A DNA stretch of 64,000 bases from an uncultured Acidobacteriota bacterium (GCA_963725105.1 CAVRXZ010000032.1:2071-66070), one strand, 5' to 3'; positions 49,496-59,150 are shown, numbered from the stretch's first letter. Numbers and translations are program-made. Notes: a model not told the origin generated them from the sequence alone.

Positions 49496-50255
49496 TCACA
49501 CGTTGCGCGTGGCCATGATCTCTCGAGCCGGCGTCCGATCGCCCGTGCAGCTGATGCGACGCGGCGCATCGAGAAATCGTACCTGGTAGCCGAGCGTTCG
49601 ATAGAGCTTTTCGACTCGGGAAGTCGCCTGGTTCACGAGTACCTACCGGTCCGCGATGCTTCGCCAGCCAGGTGGCTGTTCGCTCCTGATCGGTCCACGT
49701 GAATCGGTCTTTTGCGTACTGCGTGAACTCCACGTCGTACGGGGGATCGGCATAGACGAAATCGTCGCGTTCGAGTGGGACCGATTCGAGATCAGTGCAG
49801 GTGAAGGTCCAGTCCGCAAGCAGTTCGCGATACTGCCTGAAATCCGACACATACCTGATCCGCGCGTAGCGGCCGAAGGGCACGTTGAATTCGCCCGAAC
49901 GATTGAACCGGCACAGCCCGTTGAAGCACGTCCGGTTCAGGTAATAGAAGATGGCGGCGGCTTCCCGACTTGCGCCCCTATCGCTCGCAAGCAGGGCATT
50001 GAAACGATCCCGGTGTGTGTAAAACAAGTCCTCGTTGTTCTGCATCGCAAGCTTGATGCGAAGTCCCTTCTGAAGCCACCGGTAGAAGTTGATCAGGTGG
50101 GGATTCGAATCGTTCAGCAGCGTCCGCGCCGGCAGGAGCCCCAATGTCACCGCCAGGCCCCCGCAGAACGGCTCGACCAGCCGCCGCTTCGAATGAGCCT
50201 GCCAGACAGGTCGAAGGTAGGGCACCTGCCACCGCTTGCCGCCGGCCCACTTCAA
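49496..50255 (-). pseudogene. dam: Dam-type (D12 class) N6-adenine DNA methyltransferase, +1 frame change near 49642
   Basis: LKWAGGKRW, EPFCGGLAV, DPPY motifs. The tail VLVNQATSRVEKLYRTLGYQVRFLDAPRRISCTGDRTPAREIMATRNV* is read after removing one base in CCGGTAGGTAC. Start uncertain (TTG 50255). Confidence 0.85.
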
Positions 50256-50284
50256 CGGCGGTCGCAGCGACGCCGGCCTCGTGG

Positions 50285-50671
50285 CTACGCAGGTTGATAG
50301 AGCTGGATGAGGTTGCCGCACGTGTCTGCACACACGGCGATTGTCACGGGCCCGCTTCGCGTCGGCTCCTGAGTAAAGGCGACACCGGCGCTCTTCAGGC
50401 GCCGGCATTCTGCGCCGATATCGTCAACCTCGAACGCTGCGATCGGAATGCCCTGCTTGAAAATCGCCTCCTGAAACGTCTTGCCGGCGGGATTGGCGTT
50501 CGGTTCGAGCGAAAGCTCGAGGTTGTCCGGCCCCTGCGGGGAGACGACCGTGAGCCAGCGGTACTCACCAACCGGGATGTCGTGTTTTTTCACGAACCCG
50601 AAGACCTCGGTGTAGAACTTGAGCGCCTTCTCCTGATTGTCGACCATGATGCTCGTCAGCTTGATCTTCAT
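50285..50671 (-). CDS. VOC (glyoxalase/bleomycin resistance) family protein
   Basis: MKIKLTSIMVDNQEKALKFYTEVFGF typical VOC N-terminus, 128 aa. Confidence 0.85.
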   Translation of the reverse strand: MKIKLTSIMVDNQEKALKFYTEVFGFVKKHDIPVGEYRWLTVVSPQGPDNLELSLEPNANPAGKTFQEAIFKQGIPIAAFEVDDIGAECRRLKSAGVAFTQEPTRSGPVTIAVCADTCGNLIQLYQPA

Positions 50672-51171
50672 GGGTGCCGTCCTCCAACGCGCCCGGCGAT
50701 CTGCCGCTGGCGCGCCGGACCCGAGTCTGACAGAGCAGTAGATGATTGCTTCTCGAGAATTGCGAAGGCCGTGCCCATCAGGGTGAGGCATCCCGGGATC
50801 AGCTCGGGCGGCATCGCGTGGGGCCCGGGCATGAACGCGCGAACCCGCCGCCGATAGAGAGACGGCGACATGCCAACCCGACGATGGAAGAGATCGCTGA
50901 AGCTTCCGAGGCTGGTGAACCCGACTTCCATGCAAACGTCCGTCACGGAATAGTCGCTGACCGCCAGCAGCTCTTTGGCCCGCTCCAGCTTGGCCTGGAT
51001 GCGCAGCTGGTGCGGCGTCTCGCCGAACAGCGCGCGGAACTGGCGGATGAAGTGGAACGGCGACATGGACGAACCGACGGCGATCTGACGGATAGACAAC
51101 GGACGATCGTCAGTCTCTCGCAGGACATCGCGAGCGTGGCATAGGCGCCGGAACACGCCCTGCGTCAGCAT
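50668..51171 (-). CDS. AraC family transcriptional regulator
   Basis: Double HTH: IRQIAVGSSMSPFHFIRQFRALFGETPHQ and VTDVCMEVGFTSLGSFSDLFHRRVGMSP. Confidence 0.85.
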   Translation of the reverse strand: MLTQGVFRRLCHARDVLRETDDRPLSIRQIAVGSSMSPFHFIRQFRALFGETPHQLRIQAKLERAKELLAVSDYSVTDVCMEVGFTSLGSFSDLFHRRVGMSPSLYRRRVRAFMPGPHAMPPELIPGCLTLMGTAFAILEKQSSTALSDSGPARQRQIAGRVGGRHP

Positions 51172-51218
51172 CGCCCCTTATTGTGACCGGTTTTTCCGAT
51201 AAGAGATAATCACCGAAT

Positions 51219-52091
51219 ATGTCTGACGCAACCACGATGACTGCGAGAAGGTACGCTGCGGCCTGCGTGCTCGTGACGAGCGCGATGGCTGTACCGGCGT
51301 TCGCGCAGTGGCCACCGTACCTCCCGCTCGACACGCCAAAAACCGCCGATGGCAAACCAAACCTGGAGGCGCCGGCTCCGAGGACGCCCGACGGCAAGCC
51401 CGATCTGTCCGGCGTCTGGGAGAACCGGTTCAACTTCGGCAGCGCTGGACGTGGGCGCGGAGGGGCCACTCCGCCGCCGCCGACAACTCCCGCCGATGGC
51501 TCGCCGCCCGTGGCGTCATTCTTCAACATCGGCGCCGGGATTCCAGGGGGTCTTCCGTTTCGCCCCTGGGCCAAGGAGCTTCTCGACAAGCGGCGGGCCG
51601 AGAACGACAAGGACAACCCCGACGCGCATTGCCTGCCGATGGGGCTGCTGCAGTTCCACGAGCACATCCAGCCCCGGAAAATCGTCCAGACGCGTGACGT
51701 GATCATCATCATCTACGAAGCCAACTACGGCTTGCGGCAGATCTTCACAGACGGCCGCCCGCTGCCGAAAAGCGACCCGCAGCCATGGTGGTACGGCTAT
51801 TCGGTCGGTCACTGGGAAGGGGACGAACTCGTCGTTGAAACGACCGGGCTGCGCGACGAAGGGTGGCTCGACATCTGGGGCAGCCCGCTCACTGATCAGG
51901 CCAAGGTCACCGAACGCTACCGGCGCCCGAACCTCGGCTCGCTGCAGATCGACGTGACGATCGACGATCCGAAAGCGTACACGAAACCGTTCACGGTCAG
52001 ATTCAATCAGCGCCTGATGCCGGACGGCGAGCTCATCGAGTTCATCTGCAACGAGAACGAACAGTCCTCGAAGCACCTCGTCGGAAAATGA
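51219..52091 (+). CDS. unknown exported protein, family member B
   Basis: Signal peptide; DLSGVWENR, GYSVGHWEGDELVVETTG, IDDPKAYTKPF blocks. Confidence 0.75.
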   Translation: MSDATTMTARRYAAACVLVTSAMAVPAFAQWPPYLPLDTPKTADGKPNLEAPAPRTPDGKPDLSGVWENRFNFGSAGRGRGGATPPPPTTPADGSPPVASFFNIGAGIPGGLPFRPWAKELLDKRRAENDKDNPDAHCLPMGLLQFHEHIQPRKIVQTRDVIIIIYEANYGLRQIFTDGRPLPKSDPQPWWYGYSVGHWEGDELVVETTGLRDEGWLDIWGSPLTDQAKVTERYRRPNLGSLQIDVTIDDPKAYTKPFTVRFNQRLMPDGELIEFICNENEQSSKHLVGK

Positions 52092-52098
52092 GCCGCCC

Positions 52099-53421
52099 GT
52101 GGCCAGCCGGACGGATCACCAGATTCTGAGCATCGCGGGACGCGACATCCCCATCTCGAACCCGGACAAGGTGCTCTTTCCGCAGGCGGGTCACACGAAG
52201 CTCGACCTGGCGCGCTACTACGCCACGGTGGCTGATGGCGCACTGCGCGGCGCAGGAGGACGCCCGAATGTCCTTGTGCGCTACCCCAACGGCATCGACG
52301 GAGAGTTCTTCTATCAGAAGCGGGCGCCCTCATCTCGGCCGCCGTGGATCGAGGTCGTGGCGCTCCAGTTTCCTTCCGGCCGCACGGCGGAAGAAGTCGT
52401 TCCGCGCGACGCTGCTGCGCTCGTATGGATGGCCAATCTTGCTTGCCTCGAACTTCACCCGCATCCAGTGCGGGCAGACGACCTCGATCACCCCGACGAG
52501 CTGCGTATCGATCTCGATCCGGTGCCCGGCGTGGAATGGCCCCACATCCGCCACGTCGCCGCCATCGTCCGCGCCGCCCTCGCCGACGTGAATCTGATCG
52601 GCTGGCCCAAGACCTCAGGCTCCCGCGGTGTGCACGTTTACGTTCGCATCACGCGCCTCTGGTCGTTCGAGCAGGTCCGCCGTGCGGCGCTGGCGCTGGC
52701 GCGCGACGTCGAGCGGCGCGTACCTGGTCTGGCGACGAGCAAGTGGTGGAAGGAAGAACGACACGGCGTGTTCCTCGACTACAACCAGAACGCCAAGGAT
52801 CGAACGATTGCCGGCGCGTACTCGGTAAGGGCGAGACCTGATGCGCGGGTGTCAGCGCCGGTATCGTGGGAAGAGCTCGAAGCGTGCGAGCCGGGCGATT
52901 TCACGCTGACGACGATGCCGGCGCGGTTTGCCGACGTGGGCGACCGCCACGAAGCCATCGATCGTCACGCGGGATCGCTCGACCGGCTGCTCGAGTTGTC
53001 AGAACGTCAGGAGGCCGAAGGTCAAGGCGACGCGCCCTGGCCCCCGCATTACCGGAAGCAGGCCGGCGAAGGGCCGCGCGTTGCGCCTTCGCGGAGGCGC
53101 GTGCCGAAGCATCCGCTCGTTGAAATCGGCCGCGCGCGCAACAAGGAAGCGGCGCTGGCGGGCCTGGAACGGTGGAAGACCCGGCATCCGGAGGCGAGCG
53201 CTCACCTGCAACCAGCGGACGTCCTTGTGGACGCCATGCGCGGTCGTTTCCGAACCTGGACGCGGATTCGCGTCAATCTGCAGCACGTACCTGAAGAGAT
53301 GAGACCGGTGCAGGAACCGCTCGATCCGGACGACCTGCCGAATGAATGGGAGGGCGTCAGCGATTCCGGGGATCCGAACTGGGGGCACCGAAGACCTTCG
53401 CGAGCTCGTAAGGGGTCGTGA
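52099..53421 (+). CDS. LigD polymerase/primase-domain protein (NHEJ)
   Basis: ISNPDKVLFP, FFYQKR, LELHP, DELRIDLDP, KTSGSRGVHVYV AEP-primase motifs; about 130-aa C-terminal extension. Confidence 0.9.
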   Translation: MASRTDHQILSIAGRDIPISNPDKVLFPQAGHTKLDLARYYATVADGALRGAGGRPNVLVRYPNGIDGEFFYQKRAPSSRPPWIEVVALQFPSGRTAEEVVPRDAAALVWMANLACLELHPHPVRADDLDHPDELRIDLDPVPGVEWPHIRHVAAIVRAALADVNLIGWPKTSGSRGVHVYVRITRLWSFEQVRRAALALARDVERRVPGLATSKWWKEERHGVFLDYNQNAKDRTIAGAYSVRARPDARVSAPVSWEELEACEPGDFTLTTMPARFADVGDRHEAIDRHAGSLDRLLELSERQEAEGQGDAPWPPHYRKQAGEGPRVAPSRRRVPKHPLVEIGRARNKEAALAGLERWKTRHPEASAHLQPADVLVDAMRGRFRTWTRIRVNLQHVPEEMRPVQEPLDPDDLPNEWEGVSDSGDPNWGHRRPSRARKGS

Positions 53422-54442
53422 CCTCGAGCTGATCGTATCGGCAATCGTCTGGCGCCTTGTCCAGACGCCAGCGCTGAAATACAGCCGCGTGCCGGAAACG
53501 GGGGCCCTGCATGTGGTCGTACTTGACCTCGCAAACCCGCTCGACCCTAAGCGGCTCCCAGGACAGATCCTTGCCCGCGCTCCAGCGGCTTTGCCCTCCT
53601 GGCATGCGGGTCATTTCGTCACCCGCCCACTCGCGCCACGGATGGTCGTTGAGAGCATGATCGCGCAGTGGCGCGAGCTCCGCGACCAGCTGTCGTCGCT
53701 CCGTCATCGTGAATGCCGACGTCACCCCCACATGGTGCAGACGGCTATTCTGATCGTAGAGTCCGAGCAGCAGTGAACCGACCAGTTCGTTCTTCCCCGC
53801 CTTGTGCCAGCGAAAGCCGGCGACGACACAGTCGGCGGTGCGCGAGTGTTTGATCTTGATCATCGCGCGCTTGCCCGGCTCGTACTTCCCGTTCGCGGGC
53901 TTGGCGACAACCCCGTCCAGTCCCGCCCCTTCGAATCGCGACAGCCATTCAGCGGCCACAGCCGGGTCGTGGGTCATTGGCGTGAGATGGATCGGCGGCA
54001 TTGCGCGCTTGAGCACTGTTTCGAGCCACGCGCGGCGCTCACTCTGAACAACCTGACGAAGGTCCTGGCCGTCGACCGCCAGAGCATCGAAGGCGACGAA
54101 CGATGCCGGCGTCTCAACCGCCAGTTTGGCGACGCGCGAAGCGGCAGGGTGGAGACGAAGCTGCAGCCGATCAAAATCCAGCCCACGAGATGTGGCAATG
54201 ACGATCTCGCCGTCGAGGACGCAGCGGTCGGGCACGCCGGCCAGCAGTGTGTCGTGAAGCTCGGGAAAGTAGCGGTCGAGCGGCTTCAGATCACGGCTCT
54301 GAATGTAGACATCCGCGTCACCGCGAAAAACGATCGCCCGAAAACCGTCCCATTTTGGTTCGTACAGGAAGTCGCCGACCGGGAGCTCATCCGAGAGCTT
54401 GGCGAGCATCGGCTCGATGGGTGGCTGGAGCGGACTGGGCAT
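53357..54442 (-). CDS. ATP-dependent DNA ligase (LigC/LigD ligase-domain type)
   Basis: Motif I EPKWDGFR, DGEIV, GLDGVVAK, IKIKH. Overlaps the convergent LigD-pol ORF by 65 nt. Confidence 0.9.
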   Translation of the reverse strand: MPSPLQPPIEPMLAKLSDELPVGDFLYEPKWDGFRAIVFRGDADVYIQSRDLKPLDRYFPELHDTLLAGVPDRCVLDGEIVIATSRGLDFDRLQLRLHPAASRVAKLAVETPASFVAFDALAVDGQDLRQVVQSERRAWLETVLKRAMPPIHLTPMTHDPAVAAEWLSRFEGAGLDGVVAKPANGKYEPGKRAMIKIKHSRTADCVVAGFRWHKAGKNELVGSLLLGLYDQNSRLHHVGVTSAFTMTERRQLVAELAPLRDHALNDHPWREWAGDEMTRMPGGQSRWSAGKDLSWEPLRVERVCEVKYDHMQGPRFRHAAVFQRWRLDKAPDDCRYDQLEVTTPYELAKVFGAPSSDPRNR

Positions 54443-54466
54443 TCCGGGATGGACCCCGGCACCTGG

Positions 54467-54760
54467 TCAGCGATCTGAGTCGCCGACCATCTCGTCGACA
54501 ATGGCAGCCAGCTTTCCGAGGGTCATGTCCCGCTCGAAAAACGTCGCAAGGGCAACGCGGCAGCCGTACGACTCGTAGATGCGATTCAGGCACTGAACTG
54601 ACGCAGCAGAATCACCGCCCAGCTCCTTGAAGTTATCGTCCGCGCTCAGATCGGCGGTGCCCAGAATATCGGACCAAATCGTTGCGAGGCGCTGTAGGGT
54701 TTCGCTCGTCACACCCTGGCCGGCGCCGGGCTGGCGAAGTTTGGAATCAGCCATGGACAT
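54467..54760 (-). CDS. acyl/peptidyl carrier protein
   Basis: FKELGGDSAAS phosphopantetheine site; ATG overlaps the stop of the upstream adenylating enzyme. Confidence 0.8.
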   Translation of the reverse strand: MSMADSKLRQPGAGQGVTSETLQRLATIWSDILGTADLSADDNFKELGGDSAASVQCLNRIYESYGCRVALATFFERDMTLGKLAAIVDEMVGDSDR

Positions 54761-56394
54761 CTCCGGGCTCCTCGGTTCGACTGGTTGCCGCGCCCAAATA
54801 TTTGGCGCGAATCTTGAGTTTATCAACTTTGCCGACCGGCGTCCGCGGGAGCTCGGTCCATTGGTCGACGGCCCGCGGCGCCTTGCGGGACCCGAGTCTG
54901 GCCTTGCAGTGGGCGATGATGGCTGGACTTGCCAGTGTCTGACCGGGGCGCAGACTGACCACCGCCACGACCGCTTCACCCCGAACCGGGTCGGGGGCCG
55001 CGATCACCGCGCAGTCGGCGATCTGCGGAAGCTCCATGATGACCCGCTCCACTTCGCTGGCGGACACCTTGAAGCCACCCGTGATGACGATGTCTTTCTT
55101 GCGACCGACGACGTACAGATATCCGGCTTCGTCCAGATATCCAGTGTCACCTGTATGGTGCCAGCCAAAGCGCCTCGCCTCCTCGGTCTCCCTGGCATCG
55201 CCGTATTCCTTGACCGCCGGACCTCGAACCACGATTTCTCCGACCTGGCCTCGAGGTTCCAGCTGGCCTTCGTCGCTCATGATCGCCACGCGGGCGGAAT
55301 ACATGCTGCTGCCGCTGCTCAGCAACCGTTCAGGATGGTCGCCCGCCGCTGCCGCGGCCATCGTCTTTTCGTCGAGCCACGTCAGGAATCCACACTCGAT
55401 CTGAGAGTAGTTGAGAGTCACGCAGGGCCCGAATATCCGAATGGCTTCGCGGAGCTTGTCGGGCGACACCGCCGCCGCACCCAGTACCATGCATTTCAGG
55501 GACGAGTGGTCCGTGAATTTGACTTCAGGCGTATCGAGCAACAGGTAGAGGGCGGTCGGAGGCAACCAAATGTGCGTCACGCGATGCTTCTGGATCAGAC
55601 CGAGCACTTCGGCCGGATCGAAAATCGGCACGACGATCACGGTGGCCCCGAGCGTGAGCATGGCCAGGGCGAAGACACCGCAGGCATGGGACAGCGGCGC
55701 TGCCGCAACAAACACCGGATCACAGTCGTACCGACCGAGGATGTTCCGGAGCGTCGAGTACGTCGTACTGAAGGACTGGATACGGTCGAGCACCAGCTTT
55801 GGTGGTCCAGACGTCCCGCTTGTCTCGCGGATCTGAACTCGCCGCATGTGGTCTTCTTCCACCACACCCCAATCGATCAACGGGCTACGGTGAGCCGCCG
55901 TAAACGCGTCCAGCGAATGATCAGGTCCTTCCTCAGAATCGAGGCAGACCCAGCGTGTATCGGCGCTCAGATTCCCCCGAATCTGCAGCACCTCTTCGCG
56001 CACACCGCTGTGGTAGAACACACAAGCAGGCCGCGTGCGGGTCAGGAAGGTGGCAACGTCTGCGACGGTGTTCTCGAGCGTGGACGGCCACGATGACGTG
56101 ACCCGCCCGCATGATCCCAAGCGTGCACGCGAAGACCCGATAGTCGTTTCTGGAATAGATGGCAACCGGCACCTGATGCGCCGGATCTGAGATTGATGTA
56201 AGGGCTCCGGCAATCGCCTCGCTCATTCGTTTCAGCTGGGCAAAGGAGATCCGGACCGACCCATCGATCACCGCGGTTCTGGCGGGATTGTCCTCGGCGG
56301 CGATGTCGAAGTAGTCAATGGGCCTCACAACCGACGGTACTCCATCTCCCTCTTTTCGGGTCCGACGCCTATGTGCTTTACTCGACCACCGCAA
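54747..56394 (-). pseudogene. AMP-dependent synthetase/ligase (adenylating enzyme), frame change around 56070-56100
   Basis: ETSGTSGPPK, GWHHTGDTGYLDEAGYLYVVGRKKD, PRTPVGKVDK motifs. The N-terminal 55933-56394 ORF joins the 54747-56213 ORF. Span mod 3 = 1. Confidence 0.85.
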
Positions 56395-56474
56395 ATTCCA
56401 TTTGCCAGTTACCGAGGCGGAGGTGTAACGTGGCGCGCCGATCGACTTTTTCTTTGAGTTGCGGGAGGCTCCTT

Positions 56475-57461
56475 ATGGCGAAATCTCTGGGTGCCTTGTG
56501 TCTGGCCATCGTCGGGTTGGTCGCGGTTTCGGTCCTGCACGCCGCCGGTGATCCGCCGGCGTGGGCGTAGAACATCCCGCCGGCTCCGCCACCGGGCTCC
56601 GCGCCCCCGGCGCCGCCTCCCGACGACGGGACGCTTAAGCGGCTGCCGGGCAGCGCCGCCTCCTTTACCACGACGCAGATCCGCGATTTCTTCGGCCCAG
56701 CGGACTGGTTTCCCTCCGATCACCCACCGATGCCCGACGTCATCGCACACGGCCGACGGCCTGACGTACGCGCCTGCTCCCTCTGTCATTACCCCAACGG
56801 CAAGGGAAGGCCGGAGAACGCCGGCGTGTCGGGTCTGCCCGTCTCGTATTTTCTGCAGACGATGGCCGACTTCCGGAGCGGTGTCCGAAAGAGCGGCGAA
56901 CCGCGAAAAGCCAATACGAATCTGATGATCACGATCGCGAAGGGCATGACGGACGAGGAGCTGAAGGCTTCCGCCGAGTATTTCGCCTCGATGAAGTGGA
57001 CGCCGTGGATCAGAGTCGTCGAGACCAACATGGTTCCAAAAACGCGAGTCGCAGGCGGCATGTTTCTCAGGCTGGATGGGAACGAAACGGAGCCGATTGG
57101 AGATCGCGTGATCGAAACGCCGGAGAACACGGAAGAGACCGAAGCGCTTCGCAATCCACGATCCGGGTTCATCGCGTACGTCCCGGTTGGCAGCATCAAG
57201 AAAGGCGAGGCGCTCGTCAAGACCGGCGGCAACGGAAAGACGACCGCGTGCGGCGTGTGCCACGGCGCAGACCTGAAGGGCCTGGGCCCTGTGCCCGGGC
57301 TGGCCGGTCGATCGCCGAGCTACGCGGTGAGACAGCTCTTCGACATCCAGCAAGGTGCGCGGAAGGGCGTGTGGAGCGAGTTGATGCTGCCGGTCGTGTC
57401 CAAGCTGACGAACGACGACCTGCTGGCGATCGGCGCGTACACCGCGTCATTGGCCCCGTAG
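56475..57461 (+). pseudogene. dihaem c-type cytochrome with in-frame TAG at 56568-56570
   Basis: Signal peptide MAKSLGALCLAIVGLVAVSVLHA, then DPPAWA-TAG-NIPP..., same frame as CSLCH and CGVCH haem sites. Confidence 0.8.
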
Positions 57462-57476
57462 AACCGAACTTCGGAA

Positions 57477-58064
57477 TCAGCCGCCGAGCGCCGTACCGAA
57501 TGAATGCGGGATCAGGGGTGTGTCGAGCGGAAGGCGATACTTGTCCGGGTTGACGTGGTCGTAGGGTTGCGTCGGAAAATTCACGACCAGCGCGTCGTTC
57601 GTGCCGATATTGTGGTCCGCGTGCCAGACGTTTTTGGGCACATTGACCAGACTGCGCTGGTGCTCTGAAAGCACGATTCGGCAGACTTCCCCGCACGTCG
57701 GTGATCCCGGGCGCGGATCGTAAAGCACCAGCTCGAGCTCGCCCTTGACGAGCGCGTAGCGATCCTCGTGTTCGCGGTGAAGATTCCATCCCTTCACGAC
57801 ACCCGGACGGATCGTGAAGAAATAACTGAACACAATCGGATCCGGATGCCACGCCCAGCGCGGGTCGAGCAGTTCGCAGACCGTTCCGCGAAAATCAGCG
57901 TGCGTCAGCAACGATCGAATGTGAACGCCGTCCGTCAGACGACGCATGGGTTCGCCGGTGGCCTTGGCAAGCTGCGGGTCGCGGCGCGCTGCCGCCAGCG
58001 TCTCTTCGAGCAGATTTCGATTCTGTCTGGATGCTGAAGCGCTGCGACCCATGGCCCGAGGCAT
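57477..58064 (-). CDS. RmlC-like cupin (dTDP-4-dehydrorhamnose 3,5-epimerase family)
   Basis: FRGTVCELL, KGWNLHREHEDRY, VPKNVWHADHN blocks; start could be 57947. Confidence 0.7.
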   Translation of the reverse strand: MPRAMGRSASASRQNRNLLEETLAAARRDPQLAKATGEPMRRLTDGVHIRSLLTHADFRGTVCELLDPRWAWHPDPIVFSYFFTIRPGVVKGWNLHREHEDRYALVKGELELVLYDPRPGSPTCGEVCRIVLSEHQRSLVNVPKNVWHADHNIGTNDALVVNFPTQPYDHVNPDKYRLPLDTPLIPHSFGTALGG

Positions 58065-58065
58065 T

Positions 58066-59094
58066 CTAACGCAATGCCGGATCGCGAGCGCGCTCGTCGA
58101 GAGATCGGGTCATCGTTTCACGCAGCGCGAGCTGACGTCGAAGCGTCGGCGAGGTGATTCGCCGCAGGCGATCCCAGAGCCAGTCGAGCAACGCCCCGAC
58201 GGCAAAGCCGGTGCGCAGCGCAATGAAACCGGTGACGGGCCGACCCTGCCAGAGCAGGGCGTCCTGGAGCTGAACAACAGCGCGCCGGATGTCGGTCACG
58301 GACATCGACGGATCGCGAGAGAGGCGCAGCCACGCGGCCTCCTGTAGCGACCCCGCAGAGTGATTGGACAGCTTCAGCGCCGGCGGGAGCTTGTCTTCGA
58401 GGAACCCGTTGAGCAGCCAACCCGCGGCGTCGCTGCGTCTTTGCACATCCGCTTCCCGCCAATCCGCGACGAAGTGCAGCGACGTCACTTCTGGGAAGAA
58501 CGCCAGCCTGCCAGAACCTCCGAGCGTCAGAATCCGATACCACAACTCGGTGTCCCCGCCGCGAAGAAGGGACTCACTCCAGTAGCCGTACTTCACCAGG
58601 CATTCGCACGTGTGAACCACGCTGCACATCGTGAGGGCGCTCCGTCCACGGGCGAGCCCGGCGCGGTGTCGCGGCACTTCCAGATTGAACCAATAGGGCG
58701 TCATGCGGCCCCGGAGATCGACCGCAAGCGATCGGGCGTACACGAACTCCGCATCTCTGGCAGTGAGGAGCGATCCGAGCTTCTCGAGATGATCGGGAAA
58801 CCAGATATCGTCGTGCGCCAGGTATGCGACCAGCGTACCGCGCGCCTGTCGGAGCACGATGTTCCGGTTGGCATAGCCGATCCCGGGTGCCTTGGGCAGG
58901 TCGAACCACCGGATACGGGGATCCGGGAACGACGCGATCACCTCGGCCGTGTTGTCCGTGCACCCGTCGCCCGCGATCAAAAGCTCGAAGTCCTTTTCGG
59001 TTTGCCACAAGGCTGAACGAATGGCGTACGACAGAACATCGGCCCGGTTGTGGGTGGGCAGCAGAATGCTGAACCGCGGTGCGGGAGCGGCCAT
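58066..59094 (-). CDS. family 2 glycosyltransferase
   Basis: FSILLPTHNRADVLSYAIRSALWQT, LLIAGDGCTDNT, YLAHDDIW. Confidence 0.85.
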   Translation of the reverse strand: MAAPAPRFSILLPTHNRADVLSYAIRSALWQTEKDFELLIAGDGCTDNTAEVIASFPDPRIRWFDLPKAPGIGYANRNIVLRQARGTLVAYLAHDDIWFPDHLEKLGSLLTARDAEFVYARSLAVDLRGRMTPYWFNLEVPRHRAGLARGRSALTMCSVVHTCECLVKYGYWSESLLRGGDTELWYRILTLGGSGRLAFFPEVTSLHFVADWREADVQRRSDAAGWLLNGFLEDKLPPALKLSNHSAGSLQEAAWLRLSRDPSMSVTDIRRAVVQLQDALLWQGRPVTGFIALRTGFAVGALLDWLWDRLRRITSPTLRRQLALRETMTRSLDERARDPALR

Positions 59095-59150
59095 GTTGGG
59101 CGGACCGTCTTTGAAGTCCAGCGAAACAGCCTGTAGGATACGCGATACCT

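Noticed and set aside
45359-50255. Integrated prophage or genomic island at tRNA-Ala
   Set aside because: There is no integrase, transposase or phage-like gene. I could not find a direct repeat of the tRNA 3' end downstream by eye. At most this is a degraded islet, so it is reported only as a low-interest observation.
49496-50255. Restriction-modification system around the Dam-type methyltransferase
   Set aside because: The flanking genes are a VOC protein/AraC regulator on one side and a secreted unknown protein on the other. Nothing nearby has nuclease motifs, and the GIY-YIG gene is 3.5 kb away behind an unrelated operon.
52099-54442. Complete LigD-Ku NHEJ operon
   Set aside because: No Ku-like ORF (about 270-300 aa with a Ku core) is recognisable anywhere in the window. 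Only the polymerase-domain and ligase genes are present.
56568-56570. TAG reassigned or decoded as pyrrolysine
   Set aside because: TAG terminates several well-conserved genes at their expected ends in this same window (the DinB gene, the amidase, the SH3 gene, dapB). No pyl genes or other in-frame TAGs were seen.
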